The notes beneath the pieces are model-generated. The model searched no databases and had not been told where the DNA came from. It saw only the letters and a program-made list of their open reading frames with translations. Made by a program: the position numbers and the translations under genes. This document shows positions 52,404 through 64,000 of a stretch of 64,000 nt of DNA, piece by piece. The number at the start of each line of letters is the position of its first letter. The first letter of the stretch is position 1. Source of the stretch: Lama glama (lineage: Eukaryota). The DNA lies in NCBI GenBank assembly GCA_028534125.1, contig CM052818.1, forward strand, positions 14,820,001 to 14,884,000. Direction: 5' to 3'.

Positions 52404-55400
52404 AAGATAATTAAATATATAGGTTTATGGGGCCATTCAAAAGATTTCCAGCATAACTAGATATAGATACCAAAGGAACGTTATCTTTTTATCCATCACT
52501 TAACCATTGTTTATCTTCTGGGTTGACCTTATTCTTTTTTTTTTTCTTTTTAACTAGGCAAACATCTTAGGATATATTTAACATCTTAAGTAATTAAAGA
52601 AATATAAGATGAAACAGATTGTGTTAGTATTATGTTTTTAATGATTTAAATAGATTTTTAAAAGCATATATTGTGCTCCAGTCAGTCTGCTAAGGTTAAG
52701 TGGTTCTCAAACATAGTGAAACATCTGGAAAACTTAAAAAAACAAAACAAACAAAAAACTGGTGCCTGGTACCCCATTCTAGAACAGCTGAATTAGAATG
52801 TTTCATACACATTAATCAGTTATCTATCACCATAGCCTTCTGAGGAACCCCAGGTTTTACAAATAGACAACATTAAATAACTTGCCCAGGGACTGACACA
52901 GAGCAATTTGAATTCTCAGGAAACTTGTAGGACCATGCTATTCCTGCTTGCTTGGCTACTGTGTTGAAATCAACTCATATTCTGTCTATCCAGAGCTGAT
53001 TATAATGTTGGGAGTTGTAAAGCAAGTTAGCATGGAAACATAACCTCCACTTTAGATAAGGCCTTTATTTCATCCAGCAGTCACTTGGAATTCATATCCT
53101 TGTTTATTTGTTTATGATGGTCTATCCCTTTTTTTGATCCTCAGCTTGATCTTTTTTGGAGGGGAAATAGGAGAATAAGTAGTTCTTTTAGTTGTGTCTT
53201 CATGTCCCAGAAGTATGCTGTCCTTGCTCTGTTCCCCTGTCTGGAGCTGTCCCCTGTGCCTCTTGCCTCCTCTTTCCCCAAATGCTCAGATTATCTTGAC
53301 CTTGAGTTGCCTATTCAGAGTGATGACAGCTCTCTAGTCTTTCAAGATTCAGTTCAATAATCACATCTATGATGAAACTTTGGTTTAAGAAGCAAGAATC
53401 ACAAAACTCTAGAAAGACTTTATCCCCCTCCTCATATATATTACTTAGTTTTATGGGTATCTGTCTCCTCACATCTGATTGTGAGTTCTTGGCCTAAAGG
53501 AACTATTTAGTTCATACTCTTGTGCTATATCATTTGCTCTAGAAATGCTTTTAGAAAACAGTTAAGTGAGTGAAAAGAGGAGGAGAGGTGGGTTTATGAG
53601 AAAAGCCTGCATTTTACCTGTCTACTTTTCTAGCAGTGAGGAGTTATATCTGCATTTTTAACGTTACGTGTATTGATGAAGGACTTAGTCCTGGAATAAA
53701 GCCAAAATAATTAATTCCCGGTCCTCTAGTTTTCTCTGCTAATTTTGCCTTTAAAAAACTTTTTTTTTTTTTAATTTGGTGACATCTTAGGAACAGAAGG
53801 GCAAGCCTGGAAGTGATATAGCTACAGGGAGGTGTGTATATGTGTGTTTTTGGTGGAGGGAGGAGTTGAAGCTACTGTCTGAAATAAAATTTTGTAATTG
53901 TTCAGGGATTTCATTGGTCATGGTAGTTTTCCTGGCTGTAAAATACTTCTCATTTAGCCCTAGCTGTCAAGTATTAAAACACATTAAAAAAAATCCTTAT
54001 GACTCAGTATTTATTCAAATAGTGTACATTTTAGTACAGTTCCATTGTTTTAAAATGTAACTCTTGCATATTTCTTTTAGAGACATTTCTAATCAATCAT
54101 TGGTTGGTATTATTAATGGAGCAATTTTCCTTCAACTACCGTTATTTCTTTTATCTGGGTACCATATAGGAAGCCTGCTGATTTTAAAAAACCTGTTCTT
54201 AGATTTTCTTACATCGTCTAAAAGTAGTTTTTAGTTGATTGTTTCAGGTGTTTTAGGTATAATAATAGCATTTACACCATACTGTTCTTCCTTTCCTGAA
54301 AGAATTACCGTTATAAAAGTTTCCTGGTTTACTCTTTAGTCCAGATTCAGAATAATGCTAAATAATAACAGTAAAAAAAAAAAAGTCATTATTGCGTGAA
54401 TATTATTTTAAAGGAATTACCTCTTGGAGGAGATATACCTTAAGTCTGATAGTGGCTATTTAATTAAGACTCATGCCATGTTTTTAAATGATTTGGTTTC
54501 TTTTTGTTATATCTGGTTAATATTTTCTAATTTACATTTTATTATAATCAGACTGGCCAGTATAATATCCACATGTTAGAATTAAATGAGGTTTTCTTTG
54601 TGAACTATTTTACAACCAGTTATAGGTATTCACAGAAGATTGAAAGGAGGGCATAGTTTCTGTAAGCTCACAATTTTTGTTTGTCTTAGTCAGCTTTATT
54701 AATTATATAATTTCTAATTAACTTTAGTTGAAGTTCGATTGAAGTGGTAAAGACACACAGTAGTTGATTTTGTTGCTGTTAGCGCATAAAGTTTCATTTT
54801 CTTTTTCAAGACTGTGTAATAGTTGGTACTGTATACTTTTATCAGGAGTTGCATTAACCAGTGGTTCTCTCTTTTTCTGAAGTTAGTAGCCATCCTACAT
54901 CTATTAGAGATTGAGCAAAATGATGATAGCTTTTATTCTTTATGAATATAGTGCAGTTAATTATTGTGATTCCTGCTCTCATTTTTGGCTAGTGAGAACC
55001 ATGCAACCTGACTCCTTTGCTCTTTTAAATAGGACTTTAGTAATCATTGATAAAGGATTTTTTAATTAAGGTAATAGTAGGCATGTGGAAATATTGATTA
55101 CCTAATTTTAAACATTGTATAACAGAAGCTGATGTGAAATGTTTTTACCTGTTAATTTTAACTATTATAATTGACTTTAGAAAAGTTTGAATAGATAAAG
55201 GCATATAAAAAAACATGAAAGTCACTCCGTTTTACCACCCAGAGGTAACATTTTATGGTGTTTGCTTTATCTTTTAATCTAATGCATGATTGTGTCTTCT
55301 ATTTAATTGCATATTGTATTTGTTTTGAATCCTGGTTTCTTATATGATACTCCATTTCACATCCAATAAAAGTTCTTTGAAAACAATTTAAAATGACTAC

Positions 55401-56589
55401 ATTGTAGTCTAAAGGCATAAACTACAAGTTAACAAACTATTCTCTTATTTCAGGCTTTTTCGTCCACCCCCTACCCCAGCAAATTTTTATTATTGCAAAT
55501 GTGCATTGAGAGTTTTTGGTATTTTGATTTGAAATTGTTCATTTTTATTTGGGACATATTGCTGGATGTGGGTTTTTTTTTTTAATGATCCATAAATACT
55601 TTTAAGTACTTTCAATGATAATAGTTAAAATCTGGTTTTTAAAATTTCAAGCTAACGTTTCCATTTTTTTGGTCTCATAAATAGGACTACACTAAATAAA
55701 ACATTTACTCAAGATTAGATATCACTGCCAAATGTCTTATATGTTTTTAGTAAAGGCTTAATGCTGCTCTGAAATGATGTTAATTTTACTTTATTGATGG
55801 ATATATTTAGAACCTTAGAAACCCAGTGATCGCCTTGAAGAAAAATAACTGATGAAAGACAGAGCTTTTATTGAAAACCTGTATTTTTAGCCTCTAGCCA
55901 AACTTTAATTCTTAGTTCATTTCCATAGTGCTGTATATGATTTTGTATTTTACTTTAAATTTTCTTGCAATGTATAGTAACTTATATTTAGAATATTTGG
56001 TAGAAACAAATCTTGACAGTATTGTGTGTTTGATTAAATAATTACTGTTCCAGGTATGCCACTGTCTTTCTTTACTTGAGAGTAAAAATTAACGCATTTT
56101 ATTAATACACTATAAGACTGTGAGGAGGAATCAGTTGAAAAGTGCTTTGTATTTTACTGGGGTTTTTTTTGCCCTTGTGGGAGGATGGAACATAATGACT
56201 TGTCATCTATATATTTTGAATACTTTAGAAATATCCTATTCAAAAGTTCAATCGTGACTGTTCCCAAGGTTTTCAAGTATTTTAAGATATCTAATAGTAA
56301 TTTTTAGTACTAAAATTTAATGTGAAAATTAATTGGAAAAAAGAAATGGACTGTCTTTAATATGGTCTGAAGTACAATTTTTGAACATAAAAATACAGAA
56401 AAGCCAACTGGAATAGTTTTTAAAAATAGAGACTCTTAGTCTCCACTCTCAATAATTTTCAAATTTTTCTTTTTTTAGAAAAACAGCTTTATTGCATTTA
56501 ATACTGCAGTATTTTTGATGGACTAGTATTTTGATGGAGCCCAGGAATGTGCATTTTAAATGGTCTGTTGTCTCATAGACATTTACTAG

Positions 56590-57040
56590 GTAATGTCAAG
56601 CAGTTTTTCCAGAGTGGCTGTACCACTTTATACACTCACCAGCAGCAGCATATGAAAGGTCTGGTTCCTCCACATTCTCACCAAAACTGGGTATTGTTAG
56701 GCTTTTTAATTTTAGTCAGCCTGGTGATGTGAGGTTTTAATTTGCTTTTACTGGTAAAAATGATGTTGAGTATCTTTTCATATGCTTATCAGTCATCTGA
56801 ATGTGGTCTTTTCAGAAGTGTCTACTTGAGTCTTTTGCTCATTTTGTATTCAATTTTGTCTTACTGATTTGAAGGAGTTCTTATGTAATTTGGATGAGTA
56901 CTTTGTCAGATGGATGTATGTATTCCAAATATCTGATTAGGCTTTTCACTTTTAATAGTGTTTTGTTATGAATAGAAGTTCCTGATTTTAATGAAGACTA
57001 GTTATTAATTTTCTTCTTCTAGTACTTTTTGTGCTCTTCA
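56590..57040 (-). mobile_element. L1ME ORF2-end fragment (antisense)
   Basis: ttttccagagtggctgtaccacttta...ccacattctcaccaa...ggttttaatttgc...tgatgttgagtatcttttcatatgc. Confidence 0.8.
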
Positions 57041-58634
57041 GAAGACAAAATGCTGAGACAAGAATCACTTTCTGGTTTGTAGGAACTATTTGCTTTTGAC
57101 AGGGGAAGTGAATTGCTCAGTAATCCCCCTGAAACCTCCAGTTTTGTCAGCAGTTCTGCACTCCTCTAAGAATCCCCTTGTTGGTCTTTTCTTTTCACAG
57201 TATGAAATTTTGGACCCTGTGAATTTTATGTCCCTGATGTCTACACAGTTGTCTCGATACTATAGGAAAAGTGATGGGCTTGTAGGTAAATTATTTCAAC
57301 GGCTTAGAGCAGTATTTCTATAGTTTTTCCACAGAAGTCATCTTAGCCATGGGGGAGAGTAAGTGAATAACCCGAGGGGCGTTTGGAGCCCTGTCAAGGC
57401 CTGAAGTAGCTACTAAGAGCAAGAGATGCTGCTTTGGACTCTTTTCTGTTTTACCTTAAAAGTGCGTGCTTTTTTTTTTCAGGGATTTGGTTTGTTTTCA
57501 TTTGAAGGTAGCATTTAAATGATCCTAGCTTTTACTCTTAACTTTTCAGTGAAATTGAGGGAGGCTTTAAGAGGCTGTACCTTGTTGATTTAGGAGCTTG
57601 AAGTACCTCTGGAAGCCCTGAGCTTAGTGTCTCTATGTACTGTCTTCATTAATCCATTTGCATTACTAGTCCAAGGTGGTTAAGAAACTTTCATAGTAAT
57701 TACTGACAGAGGCAAAACAGTGTCTCAGGTCTCATTCATTGCTTCCCCCCATACTGTTTGGTTACATAGTACTAAGGTGAAATCATGGAGTTATACCTTG
57801 AAAGGACAGAAGAGAACTGAATAAATACACAACAGCCTGAGAAAATAAAAAAAAGAGTGCTCTTAAAGGATCAAGAATTTTAAGGATTTTCTGAAAAAGG
57901 AAAAGCAGTTAGGTATTCTAATTTTAGAAGTTATGCATAAGTTTAATTTGATCTTAGCTATTGGGGAGGTACTAAATACAATATAAGGAATATTAATGGT
58001 GTATTTTCTGTTGATTTATGCATTTGTCTGTAAAATGGTCTTCCTCAGAAGTTTATGATTTCAAGTATCCAGTAATTTATTCTAAGTAAGTTTTGGTTCC
58101 TTAAGTTTTAGTTACTTCTGAATCCTTACATGTGCCATGATTTGGTCATTCCTGCTTTTGGGGACACTTTTTCCTTAAATTTGCTTACTGTTGAAGCTTT
58201 TGATTACATTGATTCTCTTAAGTTAAAAAATGGAAAATGTATAATTTTGAGATAAAATACTGTGCTATTTTTAGTAGTAACTTAATTTTAATTAGTTACG
58301 AGTTAACTTAGAAACATAGTACAAATTATGTAACTTGCTGTATTGTTTCAGGATTCTCAGTAAGCGTTCATAAAAAATTCTTGAGGTTAAAACAGTAAAA
58401 TTCTGTGTCTGTACTCTTGTTCTGTTTTATTTTTTAATTATGTTATGATATGTAGTTACAGCAAGTTTAAGTAGATTGTGACCTTGAATGAGCACTTGCT
58501 TAATAAAGGAAACAGTACAGAGGGATTCTTTTCAGGCTACTGTGACCAAAGAATGTCTTTCTTGAACAATGAGTGGATGCAAAATGTTTCACATCAAGGA
58601 CATTTGAAATTAAGGTGTAACAGTACATATTTTT

Positions 58635-59130
58635 GATACCCATTGAACAATAGCTCCCTGTCTCTGCTTTCCCAGCCTCTAGCAGCCACCATTCTACTTT
58701 CTGTTTCTATGAGTTTGATTACTTTAGATACTGCACGTAAGTGGAATCATACAGTATTTGACTTTTTATGATTGGCTTATTTCACTTAGCATAATGTCTT
58801 CAAGATCCGTCTATGTTTTGGCATATGACAGAATTTCCTTTTTCTTTTTTTGAGGGGTGGGTAATCAGGTTTATTTATTTATTTATTCATTCATTTTTAA
58901 TGCAGATACTGGGGATTGAATCCAGGACCTTGTGCATGCTAAGCATGTACTCTACCACTGAACTATATCCTCTCCCCTCCCCGAATTTCCTTCTTTTTAA
59001 AGGCTGAATAATATTCCATTGTGTGTATATATGTGTGTGTGTGTTACTTCTTTATTCATTCATCTCTTGGTGGACATTTGTTACTTCCACACTTTGTTTA
59101 TATGAATAATGCTGCAGTGAACATGAATAT
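58635..59130 (-). mobile_element. L1MA/MB 3' fragment (antisense), hosting a SINE
   Basis: ccaccattctactttctgtttctatgagtttga...gtaagtggaatcatacagtattt...ggcttatttcacttagcataatg...aataatgctgcagtgaacat. Confidence 0.85.
58845..58982 (-). mobile_element. Vic-1-type tRNA-derived SINE (camelid)
   Basis: tactggggattgaatccaggaccttgtgcatgctaagcatgtactctaccactgaactata with (TTTA)n tail; TSD gaatttcctt (58831-58840, 58983-58992). Confidence 0.88.
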
Positions 59131-59176
59131 GTCACCAGAGCTGTTTTTAAAGGCTGCATTGATTTTTGTCTTGCAG

Positions 59177-59317
59177 ATATATTCGACTTTATGGGAGAAA
59201 ATTTAGCAAAGAAGATCATGTTCTTTTTATCAAATTATTGTATGAGCTGGTATCAATTCCAAAACTGGAAATCAGCATGATACAGGGATTTGCCCGTCTC
59301 TTGATCAACTTGTTAAA
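59177..59317 (+). CDS. PSME4: PSME4 coding exon 2
   Basis: Acceptor tttttgtcttgcag|A, donor AA|GTAAGT, 141 nt. In frame with exon 1: (T)[46 protein letters not shown](K). Confidence 0.96.
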
Positions 59318-60071
59318 GTAAGTCAATTTCCTGTGATGTCTGCTGAGATTTTTTTTGGTTTGTTTCTTCAAAGTGTTAGGGAATGAGGTGAGCTAAGTGT
59401 TCTTCTTTTTTTTTTCCAGTTAGGTACAATTTGACTGCATATATACAATATATTGCACACAAATATGTATATAGAATATACAGCATGAGCTAAGCATTCT
59501 TTGGTAAGAAGACCAAGTCCCAAATTACCAGTTTGGAAAAAGATTGCAGAAAACTTAATCATAAGTTTAAACCACATGTGTTAATTAACCTTTTAATTAA
59601 AATTGTTTTTCCTTCTTGAAGCCTTCTCTTCTCTGGCACACATTGAACTATATGTTGTCTAATTGTTTCATTTATACTAATTATCTTCCCTTATGTAGTT
59701 TGTAAGATCCTTGAGAAGACAGGGATCTTATATTCTTTTGCGTATCGCAGGCACCCAGCACAGTTTGAGAAACATTAAGTACTCCACAGATAGTGTGGGA
59801 AAGTGTGAGACTCATCAACAGTAATTGTGACGTAAATTCTAATGCCTTTTTTTTTAACCTGGTGTTCTTAGAAGTTTGGGCAGCAGCAGAACTCTGGTGC
59901 ATTGTTCTTCCTACTACTATGTTTTGCCAGTGAGTTGCTGAGGATGTGGGGGGAGCAAAACCCACTGTGATGACAGCAGCATTTAACAACTATCCTCCCT
60001 GTGCAGTATGTGTAACATACACACCCCTGTGCACACATATACACACATGTATTTACTTTTTCTTTAATTAG

Positions 60072-60188
60072 GAAAAAGGAACTGCTTTCAAGAGATGATT
60101 TGGAGTTACCTTGGAGACCACTTTATGACATGGTGGAAAGAATATTATATTCCAAGACAGAGCACCTGGGATTAAATTGGTTTCCTAA
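60072..60188 (+). CDS. PSME4: PSME4 coding exon 3
   Basis: Acceptor ctttttctttaattag|G, donor AA|GTAAGT, 117 nt. (K)[38 protein letters not shown](N) continues the PA200 frame. Exon 4 is not seen before the window ends. Confidence 0.96.
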
Positions 60189-62119
60189 GTAAGTATTTCC
60201 GTGTAAAATTCTTTAGGGGGAGCACTTTTAGGAGCTTTTAGGAGTTTGATCATAATTGAGAAATATTGGGTTGAAATAAGCAAGTAAATACACATTTTAA
60301 TGTGCACACTTCTTTGTAACTTGTCTCCTAAAGCAATTTATTGCTCTCTTTAAACTGTATCTGAAGCTGCAGTTAAGAATTTCCCACCCACTTATCTCTA
60401 ACAGCAAACTTCACCATGCTGACCAAAGAAAGCAAGAGATTTTTGTTTGGAACCTAGTATTTTGTTAAAAGTAATGCACATTTGGCATTCTTCGTAATAT
60501 ATCCACTTGCGTTTTAATTCTTCAAGTAAAATAAATGCTTCAAGAAGAGGAACTTTGCCTATTCTGGGGGCACCCACATCCCAGAGGGCACATACTCCCA
60601 GTTTCAGTGACTGACTGTTCTTGGAGTGCAGACTATTGAAATCCACGGTCCTTGGTTTATGTTGTTTCCTAGTAATGTTTAGACATACTGAGATTATAAG
60701 TCTCTGGCTCTTTATGGTTTCTTCTTGTGCATACATCCTCATTCTTCCAGATCTCTAATTTTGGTACATTTTGTATTTTATTCTGAATTTATAGAGTACA
60801 GTGGCGATCTGTCTTTTTGATGAATAATGATTTTAGACTTGACTGCAAAGTATCATTTTTCCGTGTTAACAAGGTTTGTCCAGTTGTGATCTAGCTCTTA
60901 ATTTTCTGTCTTAGTATGTTTGATTTAAAATAGTATTAAATTATTTGTGATTAAAGTTTATTTTTAGGAAATCTTTTCTTCAGTTTTTAGTAGCTGTTTC
61001 CTCTCACTACTTAGAGTTGTTTATCTTAGACATGTGTACTCATTTCCTGAAGAACACCGTTTTATGTGCCTATATTGTTACCTTTTCCCCATTTATAAAT
61101 TAAGTCTTTAAAGATTTATTTCTGTGGCTTTGCCTCAATCCTAGGCGTGTTTACATGTCTCCTCAGTTCAGTTAATCTATGATTAATCTTCAGGCTTCAC
61201 TAAGTCAGCCTCTTAAGTGATTTTTTCTGAAAATATCTGCAGATGGCAGGCTTTAAAGAATTTTCAAGTCATAGGTAAATAGTGAAATGATGTAAATGGA
61301 AAGAGTTAAGGAAAAAAAAGACTGTAGGTGATCATGAACTTAGTTCCTAATTGGTTTCTGGTCAGGGGTGGCAAATAGACTAGCCAGAAGTCATTTATTT
61401 CCTGAAGATTTCATTAGTTAAAACAAGGAAACCCATTTCAGTCATACAAATAGGAAAATTCATCATGAAACAGTATAGTACAATGTTCAAATATGGTTTT
61501 ACAAATATTTATTATAAAGAACCAAAATTTAACATAAAAGATTACTTTTGAAAGTTTCCTTTCTGCTGGAGTGTGGCCCAGAATGGACTGGCTAGGCCTT
61601 AAAATCTGAGCTCACTGAAGTTTTGATTGGAATCACCATTTCATAGATTTCAGGGATCTTTAAACTATTTAAGTATAAGTTATCTTTCTGAAGTTTTCCT
61701 GGTTAACTTCTTTGACTGCCTCTGAAATTCTTTGGTAAATCATGGGGGGAGGAAAGCAATTTCTTCAATTATATTTCCTTTTTTAGTATGTCTTTTACTT
61801 GCTTTTTTATAACCAAGTGTCATACTTCCTCCCCTTACAGGTGTACCTTTGCAAAGGCAGCCACTTTCTTTTAAGTCCTGTGTGGTCATTTATAAGTGTC
61901 TGTGGCTTTCCTCTTCATTGATAGCACTGTTTTCCTAGAAATTTGGTTAGAACTTATCACTGTGTCAGTCATTCCTGATAGCTCCTCCCCTATATCTTGA
62001 TACTGTACTCATTACCATGTCGTCTCCTGAAGCTTCACATCGTCCTTGCTCTTGTGGAGACCTTCTTCCTTAAACATTTCACTGTGGCTCTTCTTGGTCT
62101 TTGGAAGAGGTTTAAATCA

Positions 62120-63400
62120 GTGACTCTTGACTCTAACAGACTCAGCACTCCTTTTTGTAGTCTATAGTTAACTATTCTAAAGTGAAATTCATAAATAACA
62201 TAACCTACCTATACTCAAACATTAATATAATGTCTTAATCATAAAAGGAGTAATGGGAAAGTAGTTTATTATAAAACAATGTGAAAAACAGTGGTGTTCA
62301 GATTTTGCATCTATTTATAATGAGTAAGTCTGGATTTAAAGTAAAAAAGATGAAAACACATTCTGTATCAAAAGTATAAGAAAATGAAAGAGCAGAATTA
62401 TTAGTGGACATTAAAATAAAAACTAGTGGTAGGATAAGGAATAACAGGCCACATGTATTTAAGTATGATAAGAGAAATAACTTTACTTTCAGGCTACTGA
62501 CTGAGAAAAAAGGAAGTATGATATTCTTGCAGGTGAGCTGGCCCTATAACAGAGTGTCACAATAATTCTTTATGTAATAATGTGGGATGGTTTAGTTACT
62601 TAGTATTACACAACATTATTTTTGAACATTATATTGCATGTGAAAGAAATAGAGGTAGAGGATGAATTGGGAAAAGAAACATTAATAGATGAAGCCATAG
62701 AAAATTTGTTGAATGGACTTTTGGGGAGAATATTAGAGCAAGATTGAAAAGTAATAAATGTCAACGTGTCATTTTCACAACATAAATTGCCTTTTGTGCC
62801 ATACGAAAAAAGGATGACATTCTAAAAGAACATGAAGCATGTTAACAACAAAATTATGAATGAAATTCTGTGACATCCTCATGTTTTGTGTATCTGCTAA
62901 TTGCTGGCGTAATGACACTTAGTTCTAGGACTATTAAAACAATCTTCATTCTTAGTTACATGCTATGCAAAACTACACATGTGCAGGGATATGGTTTGGG
63001 CAGCTCAGGGGTGGCAGCTGGAATTGCCATTATGCTCTGATTCCCCGATGTCCTTCCCCGCCAAATCATGAGTAACTCTAGGTAAAATTTTCAACGAAAT
63101 AAAGTACAGCCTTCCTTCAATTTACATATCAGTTGTATTCCTAGAATATCCTGTATCTATTAAAACTGTGTAAAAAATAGTTAATGTTTAAAACAGTTAG
63201 CTTTTAGGTTCACTATTTTTTAACCTATATAACCATGCACTGGGACATTTAAAAGTCTTGCAACAATTTTTTGTGGAGTCTGGCTATTCCATGGATTGCA
63301 GAGTATCTAATATACCTGGCTTTTAATCACTAAAGTTCCGTTGAGTCCTCCCCAGTAATCGTGATAATTAAAAATGTCCCATACATTCCAAAATGCTCCC
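62120..63400. mobile_element. hAT-Charlie DNA transposon fossil ending in a MER20-like terminus
   Basis: aaataaagtacagccttccttcaatttaca...gggacatttaaaagtc...gtgataattaaaaatgtccc. The end resembles 2605-2818; the left boundary is uncertain. Confidence 0.5.
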
Positions 63401-64000
63401 TGCATGTGATTAGGAGGCTTATGGATTTGCTATCTCCTCATCCATGCAAGTTAAAGTTCCTGCCTCAGTAATCAGTCCCTCCTGTTTTCTTATCGTTGGT
63501 CCAGCATTTTTTGCCTTCTTTTTTCCTGTTTTTAATTCTATAAGATACCGGTCTTTTAGTTTCCAAACCAGTATTCTTTTACCTTTACCAGTGCTTCTCA
63601 AACTGTCCATTTAATACTCCTTCCCTTTTCCAAAGGTGTTTCCTGAAAGGTGTGTGAGACATTTCTTGGAATTTTTACATTTTATCTTGAACATTCATAT
63701 TTGTTGTATTAGGCTTATTAAGTAGTGTTTTCATAAGTAAAAATTTCTTCCCTATATATCTCTTGACTAAAATTGATGCTCCAAGAAGATGAACTGTATT
63801 GGTCTAGTGGCTTGGAGTACTCACATTCAGGACTGTGTACCTCTGTTGAAAGGAGTATGTGTTGTGAAGTACAGCTCTGTTGATGCAGCCTTTTTTAACA
63901 GTAATGCGTTGTTCCAGTGTGAAGGGGTCAGAAAGAATACTGGGCATCTGGAACTATTTTTGAGGGGGCTCTTTCTTGGTAAGAGGCAGCACCGTAGGAC

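Noticed and set aside
60398..60742. 114-aa antisense ORF in PSME4 intron 3
   Set aside because: No recognisable homology, splice context or promoter; the length is compatible with chance.
1..64000. CRISPR array, prokaryotic operon or foreign insert
   Set aside because: No regularly spaced repeats and no intronless gene cluster; everything fits ordinary mammalian DNA.

Overview
Mammalian genomic DNA, most likely a camelid (alpaca/llama/camel), judged from two Vic-1-type tRNA-derived SINEs and cetartiodactyl-type L1 3' ends. The only protein-coding gene I can support is the 5' end of PSME4 (proteasome activator PA200) on the + strand. Its coding exon 1 (43494-43735) lies in a CpG island (~42940-44160), followed by exon 2 (59177-59317) and exon 3 (60072-60188); all junctions are GT-AG, phase 2, and the gene continues past the window. 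The upstream ~43 kb is repeat-dense (L1, L2, MIR, MaLR/ERVL/ERV1 solo LTRs, hAT and Tigger DNA-transposon fossils) and contains a 500-N gap at 11241-11740. Several signs suggest the CpG island is bidirectional and that the upstream region is a long minus-strand intron: a GABPA/Sp1 core, a minus-strand donor, a candidate minus-strand micro-exon, and a flip in L1 orientation. That fits my recollection that ACYP2 lies head-to-head with PSME4 in human. Almost all other ORFs in the track are repeat-derived or chance. I did not find a convincing previously undescribed biological system; the best observations are regulatory or retrotransposition curiosities. Repeat subfamily names are by eye, and boundaries are approximate unless TSDs/TIRs are quoted.
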